Assembly: GCA_043228905.1 (NCBI GenBank)
Contig: JBHGNT010000022.1
Span: 7,254,001 to 7,318,000, forward strand
Direction: 5' to 3'
From: Azolla caroliniana
Lineage: Eukaryota > Plantae > Polypodiophyta
DNA: 64,000 nt
Position numbers and translations under genes: made by a program. Below, piece by piece: positions 10,346 through 23,143 of the stretch. Under the pieces are notes generated by a model. That model saw only the letters and a list, made by a program, of their open reading frames with translations. It ran no database searches and was not told where the DNA came from. Positions within the stretch are counted from its first letter, which is position 1, and each line of letters starts with the position of its first letter.

Positions 10346-11892
10346 CAGTGGTAGTAATCTAAGACAGAATACTCGACTAGAGATGGCCCACGTGATGTGC
10401 CAAAGGATCATGCATAATGGACCTAGGAACTCGGCATATAATTTATGTTGCACATTTATGGTGCTCATTTATATAATTAAAACTCTCTACTATTTTCAAT
10501 GGTAGCTATTTTGAATAGCTAATTTATCGATGGTAGCTTTTTGCATAGCTAATTAGCTATGTCAAGGACATAGCTAATTGTTTCCACTCGCACGCTTTCA
10601 CCCTCGGCTCTGTCCCTCTCATTGTCATAGTCCTTTGAAGTAGGATTGGCCTGGATAACTTGCATATAATCTGTGATTGGTATTTTCTTGAAATCGACAT
10701 TCGAAATCCAATAAGCTAATCGGCACATTTGTGTCCAATTCGTCTTGGACAAAATCCTCTCGAATCCAACAAGAACAATATCGGGTGAGTTAGTCTGGTG
10801 CATCCCACCGCCATTTGTAGTCAACTCCGAATAGAGTCTAACAAACCGACATAGATGACATTAACATCCGGCTCATTAGGGATGAGTCTAAGGAAGTTCG
10901 ACGGATTGAACTTCAACTTCTGGAAGGAGCTGATGCAAGACTATCTAATAGTCAAGGGTAAGATAGATCCAATCAAGAACGAAAACCATCCAGAAGGAAT
11001 CAAGCTGAATGAGTGGACGAAAGTTGATAGAATTGTCTGATCCACCATTCGGATGCAATCGCCACATTGTACTTCACAGTGCAATCGTCGTCGATAGCCT
11101 TTCAACTATGGAAGATATTGCAAGACACTTATGAGAATAAGGCCGCCACCACAAAGATATTTTCTGATTCGGCATCTTTACAACCTTTGGATGAAAGAAT
11201 CTGACTTGTTCCAAGCACACTGAAAATAGTATGAAAGCTTAAGCTCCCAAATCTTGGCTTAGGGAACAAAATTTCAGGATGAACTGAGTGCAATTTTGTT
11301 CATGAGTAGTCTCCCCCCTTTGTCGGAAACTTTCGTCACAACCGTGTGCAATGCTTCTACTGTCGTGGTGAAGTACTCCGTAGTTACGAGCGCAATACTG
11401 ATTGAAGAAACTCAAAGAAAATCATTTGAAAAAGATTCGACAGATGAAGCTTATGTAGTACAAGGTTCAGCCGACTGACCGAACAATTGAGGAAGAAGTT
11501 CTTCCCGATAGCCAAACAATCAACGAACTCGGAGTAAGTTCCAGGACAACCGAATATGTAACTAATGCAAGAAACTCGGGCACATCAAAACTGATTGTCG
11601 TGCACTCAAAGCCAAGAATAATAAGGCTCAGCGAGTAGATCAAAAGAGTGGTCGGCGTTAGGAAGTCAATTATGTTGGCTCTTCAACCGAAGTATTGTCA
11701 GTCAACCGACTCAAATATACTATCCATTGAAAACCCAACCGAATCAAAAGTTTTGCTTACGAATGAGGAATCGAGCACATGGCTCCTAGATTTGGGTGCA
11801 TCCTACCATGTGACCCCTCACAGATCTCAGTTTCGGCAATACTTGGGATGACACTCCGACTCAGTATGAGTTGGAAATTCACAACACTATGC

Positions 11893-12405
11893 CATTATCA
11901 GAATCGGCATTGTAGAACTCAACCTCCCAAGTGGTTCTACTTTAGTACTACACAATGTCTGACATGTACCTGAGCTCTCCAGACCTTTGATCTTAGTCGG
12001 AAAATTGGATGAAGACAACATCCATGCCAACTTCTCATCAGGAGGGTTGACACTCCACAGGGGCATTATCAGAATCGGCATTGTAGAACTCAACCTCCCA
12101 AGTGGTTCTACTTTAGTACTACACAATGTCTGACATGTATCTGAGCTCTCCAGACCTTTGATCTTAGTCGGACAATTGGATGAAGACAACATCCATGCCA
12201 ACTTCTCATCAGGAGGGTGGACACTCCACAGGGGCATTATTAGAATCGGCATTGTAGAACTCAACCTCCCAAGTGGTTCTACTTTAGTACTACACAATGT
12301 CTGACATGTACCTGAGCTCTCCAAACCTTTGATCTTAGTCGGTCAATTGGATGAAGACAGCATCCATGCCAACTTCTCATCAGGAGGGTGGACACTCCAC
12401 AAGGG
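11893..12405 (+). repeat. Tandem triplication of a 171-bp (57-codon) pol segment
   Basis: CATTAT(C/T)AGAATCGGC starts at 11893, 12064 and 12235. Confidence 0.9.
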
Positions 12406-13628
12406 GAAGCTCCTGCTTACTTGAGGAGCGAAAGTACATTCATTGTACCCGCTATACTTCACACTCAAAGATGGTGACTTGTTATTGGTTGGTACTCTAG
12501 TGTCTCCACTTTGTCATGGATGACTCGGACACCTCAGCAAGCCTGGCATAATGCATTTATCTAGAGCCGGATACATCCCTAAACTCTCTTTCTCTGATCA
12601 TCAATTCTGCGAGCATTGCCAATATGGAAATCGAATAGCCACATTAGACTCGACAACAACACCGAGAGAATCGAGTCCACTCGATTTGGTCCACTCAGAC
12701 TTTTATGGACCTATGCCACATCAGTCTCTCAGAGGTGCCTTGTACTTCATCTTTTTTATCAATGATTCCACTCAAAAGATGTGGGCCTATCCGATCAAAA
12801 CCAAAGATCGAGTGTTCTCGATCTTTCCAGAATGGCGAGCTATGGTAGATAACCAATCTGGTCGAAGGGTGAAATGCTTTCAGACCGACAATGGAGGAGA
12901 GTTCAGGTCTGAAAAAATCCTCAAATTTTTCCGACAACGCGGCATACAATGTGAATATACAACACCCTATAGTCCGGAGCAAAACAAAATTGCCAAGTGC
13001 ATTAATCAAAAAATTCAAGAATGGATCGTATCCATGCTCCAACAGTCCGAACTGTCAGATGGTTTATGGGTAGAGGCCCTACTGCCGGCAGTACACATAA
13101 ATTAATATGTCGCCGAGTAGGCATCTAGGACTTCAAGTACCTCGGGAATTATGGACCGACAGGAAACCGAATTATGACAAGTTGAGGATTTTTAGATGCG
13201 AGGTGTATGCCCTCATACTGAAAGACAACAACCAAAACTAGAACCGAGTTCCAGGAAATGTATTTTCCTTGGCTATGGACTAGACGACAAGATTGGATAT
13301 CGACTCTAGGACCCCGAGCACAGACAGATCATCCGAAGTTTGGATGTGTCGGCTATAGATAAGACGGCCGAAAGGCCTATTCAACTCCGAAGGGTAACTT
13401 TTTCTGATGTGCCAATCCTTCATGAAGGCCCAACCCATAACACGAGGTTGGCTTCACGGGTATCCAAATCCTCTAGCACTGAGTTGACACCGACCGACTC
13501 GGCACATCGAAATGATTCGGCTTTGGACCATCTTACTCAAACACCCAATGCGACTAGTCTAGTTATACATTGAAGATCGACAGCCTATAACAGCCCTCGG
13601 AGAGATACTTCTAGAATCTTCTTCACGG

Positions 13629-14951
13629 TGTCGTGTGAATCTTTTTAGACTATGTAAAAAAATAATAATAAATAATAAAATAAGTACTTTATATTAGCTT
13701 AATGGCATATTATAGAAAGATGGATGTTTGAGAAGATAGGGAAAATAGAACTATTATTTATCCCACATAGATAGGAAACTTAAGGCCCAAGCTATATAAG
13801 CACCTTCAGCTCCCTCATTTTTCATTTGTGCTAAGAGCACTTTGGCCACTTTGTCTTGAAGGATGATGGTGGCCAAATTCCCTAAAACCGGAAACCGGCC
13901 GGTAAACAATTCCGGAAATCGGCCAGTAAGCAAATCCGGAAACCGGCCCAGTAAGTGAATCCGGAAACTGGCTAGTATGCAAATTGGAAACTGGCCGATA
14001 AGCAAATCCAGAAACTGGGCGGTAAGCTAAACCGGAACCAGAACGCAAAATTGGAACCGGAACTAGCAAGCAAACCAGAATCGGAAACCGGCTGGTGAGT
14101 AAAATCGGAACCGGAACCGGCATGCAATCCGGAAACCGGCTGGTAAGCAAATCCGGAAATCAGCCGGTAAGCAAATTCGGAAATCGGCCGGTAAGGTAAT
14201 CCGGAAACCGGCTGGTATACAAACCGGAAACTGGCCAGTAAGCAAATCCGGAAACCGGTCTGTAAGCTACTTCGGAAACCGGCCGATAAGCTAAACCGGA
14301 ACCGGCCAGCAAGAAAAACTGGAACCGGAACCGGAACTGGCCGGCAAGCAAAATCGGAACCAGAACCGGCCGGCAAGCAAAATGGAATTGGCCGATGAGG
14401 GATTCGGCGGTCGGACGAAACCGGCTACCGGACGAGGTTGGACACGGACGGACGGAAGATTGGATCATGCAACAAACTAAAGAAAAGTGAAGAGAACTAA
14501 AGTAAAGGTCATGTGGATGGTCACATGCAACTAAACGAAAAAGCCATGCCACTAAAAATAGATGCAACTAAAAGAAAAAGCTAAGCAACTAAAAGTAGAG
14601 GCTATGCAACAAAAAGTGGACATGCAGATGATCAATGGAGAACTCCATATAAAATTCCATTTTTTTTCCTACACTCGGACTCTCTCCATATTATCTTAAA
14701 TTTTTTTTCCTTTTCCTATGAGCTCTCTTATCTTATCAAAGCCATATCTCTCAAGAAAACCCTAATTTCCTTACGAAAGCCATATCTTACTCATAACCCT
14801 AAATTTCCATACGGAAGCTATTCAACTCATAAAACCATAATCTCTTATCAAAACCAAAAACCCTAATTTTCTATAGAATTCATATCTTAATTTCCTCTAA
14901 TCTATTACTCTAGCCTCAAAGTTCACATATCCTCGTCGTATTTTCGCGACA
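13629..14951. mobile_element. Solo LTR (1323 bp, TGTCG..CGACA) with an internal ~21-bp tandem array
   Basis: 4-bp TSD ACGG (13625-13628/14952-14955). Removal restores FFTDASEP of element C. An array of GGAAACCGGCCGGTAAGCAAATCC-like units spans about 13885-14400. Confidence 0.85.
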
Positions 14952-15442
14952 ACGGATGCTAGCGAACCAACATCACATGAAGAAGCATCGGCATGCGCCA
15001 ATTCGGCCACCTGGCATCTAGCGACGGAGTCATAAATAAATTCGGGAAAACAAGAATTGGGATTTGGTCGAACTACCGAAAAATCGACATGCTCTTCCAT
15101 ATAAGTGGGTCTACAGATCAAAAGAGATGTCTAACTCGGCCATCCCAAAATTTAAAGCCAAATTAGTCGTGAAGGGTTTCCAATAAGAATATGCCATCGA
15201 CTTCGACGAAATGTTTTCATGAATGGTGAAAATGACTACCCTTCAATTCCTACTCAGCGTAGTGGCAACCGAGGATTTGGAGCTTATATAGTTAGATGTG
15301 AAGACAACCTTCCTCCATGGTGACCTAGAGGAGGAAATCCACATGGAACAACCGAAAGGCTTCATCACATAAGGCTAAGAACATCTCTTCTATCGACTCA
15401 AGAAGAGTCTCTATGGCTTGAAGCAAGCACCAAGGCCATTTT

Positions 15443-15740
15443 GTTGTCGGAAACCCTTCGCGAGAGGGAGAGAGATGAAGTTTGAAAAACTGAATCAGAT
15501 GAAGAATTTAATTTCCGCACGGCGAAAGAAGCTGAGGACAGATGCAAGGGGAGTGGTGAAGAGAATGAATCAGAGTTGGAGCCAACCGAACAAGGGGGAA
15601 GTAGAGCCAAAAAAGGCATGGTAGGTGGCAAAGCCAATAAGGCCAGGACCAAGATGTTGTCAGATGTGGTCAAGGGCCTACAAGACGACAAATCAAAGAT
15701 CTTTGATTCGGTTGAGGAAAGTGATTCGGAAGAGACGAAT
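15443..15740 (+). mobile_element. Fragment of the post-RNase H extension of the element-M copia family
   Basis: Translates to ..SDEEFNF..KARTKMLSDVVKGL.., homologous to the minus-strand segment at 30816-31140. Confidence 0.6.
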
Positions 15741-18421
15741 TGTTAGGAAACAGGTCTCTCTGGATGGGAAGTGAGAAGAATAGTGTTGCCAAATCCAGAT
15801 GTGGAGTACTCGACAACGGAAGCCCGGTGAGAACTGGATGTGGAGTCCCCGGCAACGGAAGATCCGGTGAGAACCGGATGTGGAGTACCCGGCAAGGAAG
15901 ACCTGGTGAGAACCAGATGTTGCAGGCCCGGTGAGAACCTCTCATCGGATGGAAGGGACATATATGTAAATATGTTCCAGAGAGCCCATTTGGGCTATAT
16001 TTGTAAATAGCCCGAAAGTCATATTAGTATAAATATGACCTAGGGCAGACGATGATAGTGTTGTTGGTGTAACCTCTGTACAGTGCGTAAGAGAGAGAGA
16101 GTGAGAGTGAGAGAGAGAGCGACATACAGAGAGTGTGTCTCTATTGTAACCGTCACGAGGTGAAGATTGTGAGGAAGAGGTCGTTGCCTCTGTGTTCCCT
16201 ATTGTATTACTTTATATAGTGATAATTTGGAGTCTGTGGACTCCCGTGGTTTTTCCCTCTCAGGGTTTTCCACGTTAATATCCTATGTATTCTCTTTTGA
16301 TTGTTTGTGCACTTACCTCCATTCCCATTTCTTCTATGTTTGACTCTATAAAGTGATTTACCCTTCGGTTGTTGCCGGAGATTATTCCGCATATTCCTCG
16401 ACAAAGTGGTATCAGAGCAAAACGACACAGAAAAATGGACGATTCGTTGGGAGGCATGTTCAAGCTCACCGGCTCCAACTATTCTGTGTGGAAGTCGAAG
16501 ATGAGGGACATGCTCGTGGTTAAAGATCTTTGGTTGCCGGTTCAGTTCGGGGACAAGAGACCAAACAAAATCGATGCCAGGATATGGGAGGTGATGCACA
16601 TGAAGACAACGGCGTACATACGGTGCTTCATCGACATGAGTCTATACAACAACTTCAATGAAGAGAGCAAGGCTCATGAGCTTTGGGAGAAGATCGACAT
16701 TATGTTTAAGAACAAAAATGTTGTTAATCAGGTTTCGGTATTTCGGAACCTAGTAAGACTCCGGTACCAAGATGGCTCCAGCATGGCGGAGCACATGAAT
16801 GGTTTCTAGGGGCTGATTCACCAGGCAACATCATTAGAAGTACGTCTTGCCGATGAGGTACTAGCACTACTCCTGCTCGGTTCCCTCCCAGATAGCTGGG
16901 AGACGTTAGTTGTCACTTTGGGCAACGCCGAGCCGGAAGGGAAACAGTTATCCCTAGCAAGAGTGAAGTCAAGCTTGCTAGAAGAAGAGGCACGTCGGAA
17001 AGATAAGGATACGAGCTCCGACTCCAAAGCGCACCTTACCGAATCAGAACGTGGAAGACAAAGGAACCGTAGTCCCCAGAACCGGGAGAAGTCAGGGACA
17101 CGGTCAAAGTCAAGGGGGAGGCCTACCTGCTTCTATTGCGACAAGCCGGCACACTTCCAGAAGAACTGTCGGCATTTCCGAAAAGACAAGGAAACCGATG
17201 GTACCGATTCAAAGCGGACACCGGACCGGAACGGTAAAGACCAGAGGGGAACGGACCGGAAGGGAACGACAGCAATCGCGGCAAGTGAAGAAGAGCTGAT
17301 GCTCATCACCGAGGAGAGTGAGTTGAACCTTGCTAGCGACGAGACAATGTGGGTTGTTGATTCCAGAGCGTCGATCCACCTTACCCTAGACCGTAAATAC
17401 TTCTGATCCTACAGAGCTGGTGATCACGGTTGTGTCCGGGTGGGGAATGAAGGTACATGCCAAATTGTCGGCATAGGAGACGTGTGGTTGACAACACCAA
17501 CCGGATGCAAGTTGCTGTTGAAGGATGTCTGACACGTTCCGGAGGTTTGACTGAACCTGATATCAGTCGGTCGGCTAGATGATGAAGGCTACACAGGTAG
17601 CATCCAGAATGGAGTCATGAAATTCAGCAAAGGGAGCCTGATTGTGGCTCGAGCCTGGAAGGTCAACACGTTGTACCTGATGAATGCCCGGTTATGCCCG
17701 ACAGAAGTGAACGTGGCTTCCGACACTACTGGTGAGCTGTGGCATAAGAGGTTGTGTCACATGAGTGAGAAGGGGATGAAGAGGCTTGCAGATGACAACC
17801 TCATTCTAGTGAAGAACATGCACTTGGAGAAGTGCACTGATTGTTTGGCTGGTAAACAAAACCGAACCTCTTTCCGATCGAGGACACAGATGAGACGCAA
17901 TGCACCACTAGAGTTGGTGCATACTGATGTATGTCAAGTGCACACGAAGTCACATGCCGGATCACAGTACTTCGTGACGTTCATAGATGACCATAGCCGG
18001 AAGCTGTGGGCCACACCACTTTAGAGGAGGAATAAGTGCTATCTGTCTTCAAAGAGCTCCACGCGAGAGTGGAAAGAGAAACCGGCCGGAAGCTGAAGGT
18101 GGTTCGAGCAGATAACGGAGGAGAATATCGGGGGCAGTTCGAGGAGTACTACCACTCGAATGGAATCCGGCTCGAATTTACCGTGCCGAAGACGCCGGAA
18201 CTAAACAGGTTGGCCGAGAGGATGAACCAGACCATAATGGAGAGGGTCCGGAGTATGCTGGCACATGCAAAACTACCCAAGAAGTTTTGGGCTGAGGCAT
18301 TATCGACGGCGACATATGTGATAAACAGATCACCCTCAGTACCCTTGGACGGAGACACGCCACAGAGAGTCTGGACCGGTAAGGAAGTGTCCTATCGGCA
18401 TCTGAAGGTATTCGGGTGTCT
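15741..18421 (+). mobile_element. Element D: 5' part of a copia element (same family as L)
   Basis: 5' LTR 15741-16403 and iMet PBS 16407-16418. Gag MDDSLGGMFKLTGSNY, CCHC knuckle and integrase motifs follow, truncated at FGCL. Confidence 0.85.
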
Positions 18422-21110
18422 TGTTTTACGTTTAAGGGTTAGGGTTAATGGTGATGATGATTATCGATGACGAAGATAGAAATGGTGGAATAGTGAAGAT
18501 GGTGGAGAGTATGATGGTGAGAGAGATTGAGATGAAGATGTTGAGAATCATTGAGAAGCATTGCGGGTGGGCGGTGGTGCCTAGAATGGCTCCACCCCCC
18601 TCCCAAGGGGTTCAACGTTAAGGGGAGGGAAGAGAGAGAGAAAGAGATGATAAGCGAGATTTAGAGAGAAATTGATTATTGTTCTTTTATTCATTCCCCA
18701 TAAGGGGTTAAATAGTACAAGAGGGGGTAGATACATAGGGGTGTAAGCCCCCTCGAGCATTCATACTGGATACTCACTCACACCTCCTCGTATCCATCCA
18801 CATGCACACACGCGTGCATGTGTTCACATACGTATAGACTCACAATTACATTTATGCCCCCTACACATACACAACAACACTTGACTCTCCGTACATCTCG
18901 TACGGGGTAATACAATATGGCACGCCCGTGGGAGAGTGCCTTGCACGTCGATCCCACATGCCTGGATGATGATATTTCTTCGACCGGAACTTCCATCGGT
19001 CCTTTCAACAATCAACTCCCTCGATCGGAGTGCTTGACTTGAACATCTTTGTCGGTCAACAAATCTTCCGCGACACGAACATTCTCGTTCTGTCGGCTTA
19101 CGAACTTCGTCATGGGTCCAAAATCATGTTGTGTGTATGTATGTTCTTCCTTTGTTTTGATTTGTGTGTGGTCGATCACGTCCATTTCTTTAGGTGGATG
19201 AGTTTTTGAAATTCTGTAGATGCCCTTGATTTTTTTAAATTCTATCATGTACCCTCATGTTTTTTAAATTTGTTGGTCTACACTCATGTTTCCGAAATTC
19301 TTCACATGCCCCTATGTTTTTCTTTTCTTTTTCCCTCTCTTTTCAATTTTATTTTAGGTTTTTTATTTTTCCTTCTTCTGCGCTTTCTTGCATCTTCGTC
19401 TCCTCCTTTGGTTCCTTTTCCTCTTCTGTGTTGTTTCCTGTTTTCTTCTTCTTCTTCTCACGTGCTTTCTTCTTCCTTCTACCCAGCCTTCTTCATTTTC
19501 TTCTCTGTTATGGTACCACGGCTTCTCTTTCCTCTTTGTTTCATCGTTTCTCTTCTTTCTTTTATTAGCGATTTCTTCTTGTTCGATGTCTTCTGCAAAT
19601 CTTCTTTCTTTCTTCCTTTGTTTCTTCCACTTCTTCCTGTTCTGTTTTGGCATTTTGGAGTAGGGAGGAAACGCGACCTTCACTCTCCCCTTGCTTGCAC
19701 GTCATCTCCTTCTTTGTGCTGCCGCCGCCGTTTCCGTTGCCCAGCCATGGTTGTCCTCTCTGTCCGGTCCATCTGCTTGCTACCGCATCATCCGGCCGCT
19801 CCGGTCGATGATGTTCGGCCCGTCCGTTGTTCCCGGTTGTCTATCTGTGTCTCTGACTCCGTCCGGTCAATCAATCAGATCTGGCCGTTATTGTTTGTAA
19901 ACATCTGGCCATCTCCATCTTCGTCATTGTCCGGCGTCCTCTGTTTGTCCATCCCATCCGGTCCAATCGCCTCCATTCCGGCTGCATTTCGGCCGCTCGT
20001 CCGTATTTGTCCATGTTGTCGTTCTAGCCATCGATCCGTCTTCGTCCGGTTCATTCTGGTAGTCGGTTCGGCTGCTGTCCGACTGCTCCCATCTCTGGCC
20101 ATTTCGGTCTTGCTTTTCTCAAGCTTTCCACTGTTCGGCCTCTGTCCGGCCGACTCCATCTTCGGCCAGTGTCTCTCCGGTCTTCTTTCAACATCATCAT
20201 TGTTGTTGTCGTCAGTTGTCGAGCCGCCGTCGTCACTGCAGCCCCTATCCGGCCGTTCGGGATGCTGTCCAACCACCTTCTTGGCCGTCGTTCCGATTGC
20301 TTTACGGACGTTGTCTGGCTATTCCAGCCCCATCCGGTCGGCACTGTCTTTCTGGCCCTTCCGCTGTCTGATATTGGCCATCCATCCGGTGTCTCTTTTC
20401 AATTTGGACATCTTTCGGGCTGTATCTGTCCGGTTCATTCTGTTCATTTCCCGTTTCTTCTATCCGTACCGTTCCATCGTGTTTATGTATTGTCTCCAGC
20501 CCCGTTTGTGGCTTTCTGCATCACGTAGTCTCGTCCGCCTTCTTCGTTTCTGGCTATGTTGAGTCTGTGTCTTTGTGTCCGTCTAGGTCTGCCCGTCACC
20601 TCTGTCGTTGTCTGTCGACCGCCCGTTTCGCACTGCCCATGGTCTTTGTGTGGCATCTCTGTCCCAGTCGTCATCCATGTCTTTGTTTTTCCAGTAGTCT
20701 TCTTCTCTGTTTGGTGCCTCCAACCGTGTCTTTCCACTACTGATGGTTTCTCTTGTCGTCAATGTCTGGTCTGCGTCTGCATCTCCTTCTTCGTTTTCTA
20801 TGGCCCTTCGGTGTTAACCAACTCTGGTTCTTGTTCCGGTTCCGACTCTCTCCATGTTGTTTCTTCTGGAACCATTGCCCGTGCATTCTCAGCACATCCT
20901 ACCAGTTTCCGCTCCACACACTGCGACTTTCTCCGCAGTCTCCTGGTGGGCTTCTCTTTCCGGTTGTGCTGGCACCGGTTCCCTTTGCGTTGTTGTTTGT
21001 CCAGCCATGCATCTTGCACCACGCTTTTGAGAACACGCACATGGACACTAATCGCAACCTCGCACAAACATTGTTGCCATTCATGCATTCCTCTATAGAC
21101 TCCCTCCAAC
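18422..21110 (-). mobile_element. Decayed, probably non-autonomous LTR element: LTR ~18422-18745, PPT ~18747-18756, low-complexity interior
   Basis: TG start at the junction with D, and a GAGGGGG PPT-like tract on the minus strand. No recognisable pol motifs. Confidence 0.4.
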
Positions 21111-21112
21111 AT

Positions 21113-21926
21113 CTCGGCACCAGATCACTACGTGAGTCGGGTGAGAACCGCTGGGGTTTTGGACTAGGAGAAAGGAGATCGTGAGATAGAGATTAATTAT
21201 GAGTAGATAGCAAAGAGAAAGATAAGAAACTCGTGAATCACACGAGTATACTATATTAATTGGTACTTAGGTTGTTAAGAGAGAAGTAGATGCATAAATC
21301 GTGAATCCCACGAATAATTTTTATATTGATCAATACTTAATCCAAAAATAACCAACCCTTATACATCTTTCTCTCCTTCTTATATAAGGACGTGAGAGGC
21401 TAAGCATAGCTTCTTGCTTTTCTCAAGTGTTCATGCCCTCTAAATGTGCATGCTTTACTTTTCCCACTACGATTTCCTAAATTTAGCATTCATGCCTGCT
21501 AGATGTGCATGCGTAATTTTATTAGTGTACATATAAAGTTTCACGCATTTTAAAAATGCATGTTTTTTAATAAAGGTAGGCAAAAATAAAGGTTTTATAC
21601 ATATTAAATCTATATTTGAAACACTTAGAATAAGTTAGTATAATGGTAAGGCTGGATTTTGTTTGTGTGGAGGTGCAGGGTTTGAATCCTACCCTATGCA
21701 TGTAACAAAAATTTTAATGTTTCTTTTATTTACAATTGTGTCTCTTCATCCCGTAAGAGACTCTCACCGGCCTTCTTCATCCGGCTCTTCCTTGCCGATT
21801 CCTCCTTGTTGGTTTGCCGATTCCTCCTTGCCGGTTCCTCTTCGTCCAGTTCTCACCAAGTATTTCATTCTCTATCCGGATGGACAAAATGCAATTTCCA
21901 CGTAGTGTGTAAATTACACTACAACA
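21113..21926 (-). mobile_element. Truncated LTR of the tRNA-Trp gypsy family
   Basis: Homologous to the A and B LTRs (GTGAGTCGGGTGAGAACC...ATTACACTACAACA). Its right flank is ACGT. Confidence 0.8.
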
Positions 21927-22894
21927 ACGTTCAGAAGAAGGGGGAGCTTCCATGCTAGTCCAAGCCGACAAAACTCAATCAAGTGTGGATATTGCATCAA
22001 AATTGGCCAACACGAACAAGAGTGTCGAAAGAAGAAGTGTGAGTCGGCTTCCACAAGCCGACAACTAACCAATTACGCCACCAACTCCAACTATGATGAC
22101 CATGGAGGAATGTTCATAAAGAGACATAGAGCAAATTCTATGTCGGCTTCTACTTGGACTAGTGCCTCCGGTTCGAAAGAGGTATAGTTCGTCGACTCCG
22201 GTGCTTCGAAACATATGATGTCTCATCAAGAATGGTTCCGAGCTTAGAAGAGGTGCATCGACCCGGCTATGTTGAAATGGGAGATGACACTACTCATTTG
22301 ATTCAGCATATCAGCAATGTCCCATTCAAGAAAGAAGGCGAACGAACTTGCATCAAAAACATCTTGCATGTATTGACCATAATGAAGAATTTGGTCTTAG
22401 TCGGCCAAATTGTTGAGCAAGGAATACAAGTTCGATTCAACAAAGGTGGTTGTTTGATCGAGAAGGAAGGCCGACTCATCACTCGTTGTCGAAGGGAAGG
22501 CCAAATGTTTATGCTCGAGCCGAACATAAGGTAAAATCGGCCATGTTTGCAAAGGGCCTCAAAGCCGACACCGACATAGAGTTGTGGCACAAGAGGATTG
22601 GCCACATCAATCTCAATAAACTCATTGAGGCAATGCAATTGAAAGGAGTCTTCATCAGGATCTCGACCTTCAAGGAGAAAGAGATTGAAGGAGTATGTGG
22701 AGCTTTACAATTCAGCAAGCAACATTAGCACCCATTTCCAAAGGAGTGAAATGTGAGCAAAGGCCTCCTAGATCTTATCCATTGGGATGTGTGGGGACCG
22801 GCACAGAAAACCACATTCAGAGGATGTCGGTACTATGTTACCTTCATCGACGACTTCTCTAGGCATACATGGATCTTTCCCATGAGGCAAAAGA
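21927..22894 (+). mobile_element. Decayed copia fragment: gag knuckle, protease, integrase
   Basis: CGYCIKIGQHEQEC, FVDSGAS, ELWHKRIGH, DVWGP and YYVTFIDDFSR. Confidence 0.8.
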
Positions 22895-23143
22895 TATCAT
22901 GACCCAAGCTTCGAAGAAGATGTTGACGTCCAAGAAAAGAAGATAACAACAAATGAGAAGAGAATAACATGACAAGATGACAAGAATTTGTATTACAGTA
23001 AACCAAGATTACAAGGTGGCTAAAGACCGGTATTGAACCAGAATGGTTCAACACTAAGCAGATCGTCGACTTATATAGTGTACATCGGATTGTGCATGAT
23101 TGCCATTTGGCATACATGTTGTGTGCCACTTGTCTTACAACGT

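Larger units (their letters stand above)
10579..15442 (+). mobile_element. Element C: decayed copia related to intact element I, from leader and gag through protease and integrase to RT; no LTRs seen
   Basis: MSLRKFDGLNFNFWKE, STWLLDLGASYH and LDLVHSD, with RT up to LYGLKQAP. Many stops and frameshifts. Confidence 0.85.

Noticed and set aside
13754-14567. Repetitive minus-strand ORFs
   Set aside because: They are translations of the ~21-bp LTR array in several frames.
18431-18447. Interstitial telomere array
   Set aside because: Only about two imperfect units are present.
19270-20562. 430-aa ORF as a real gene
   Set aside because: It has low-complexity F/S/L/P composition from pyrimidine-rich DNA and no recognisable domain motifs.
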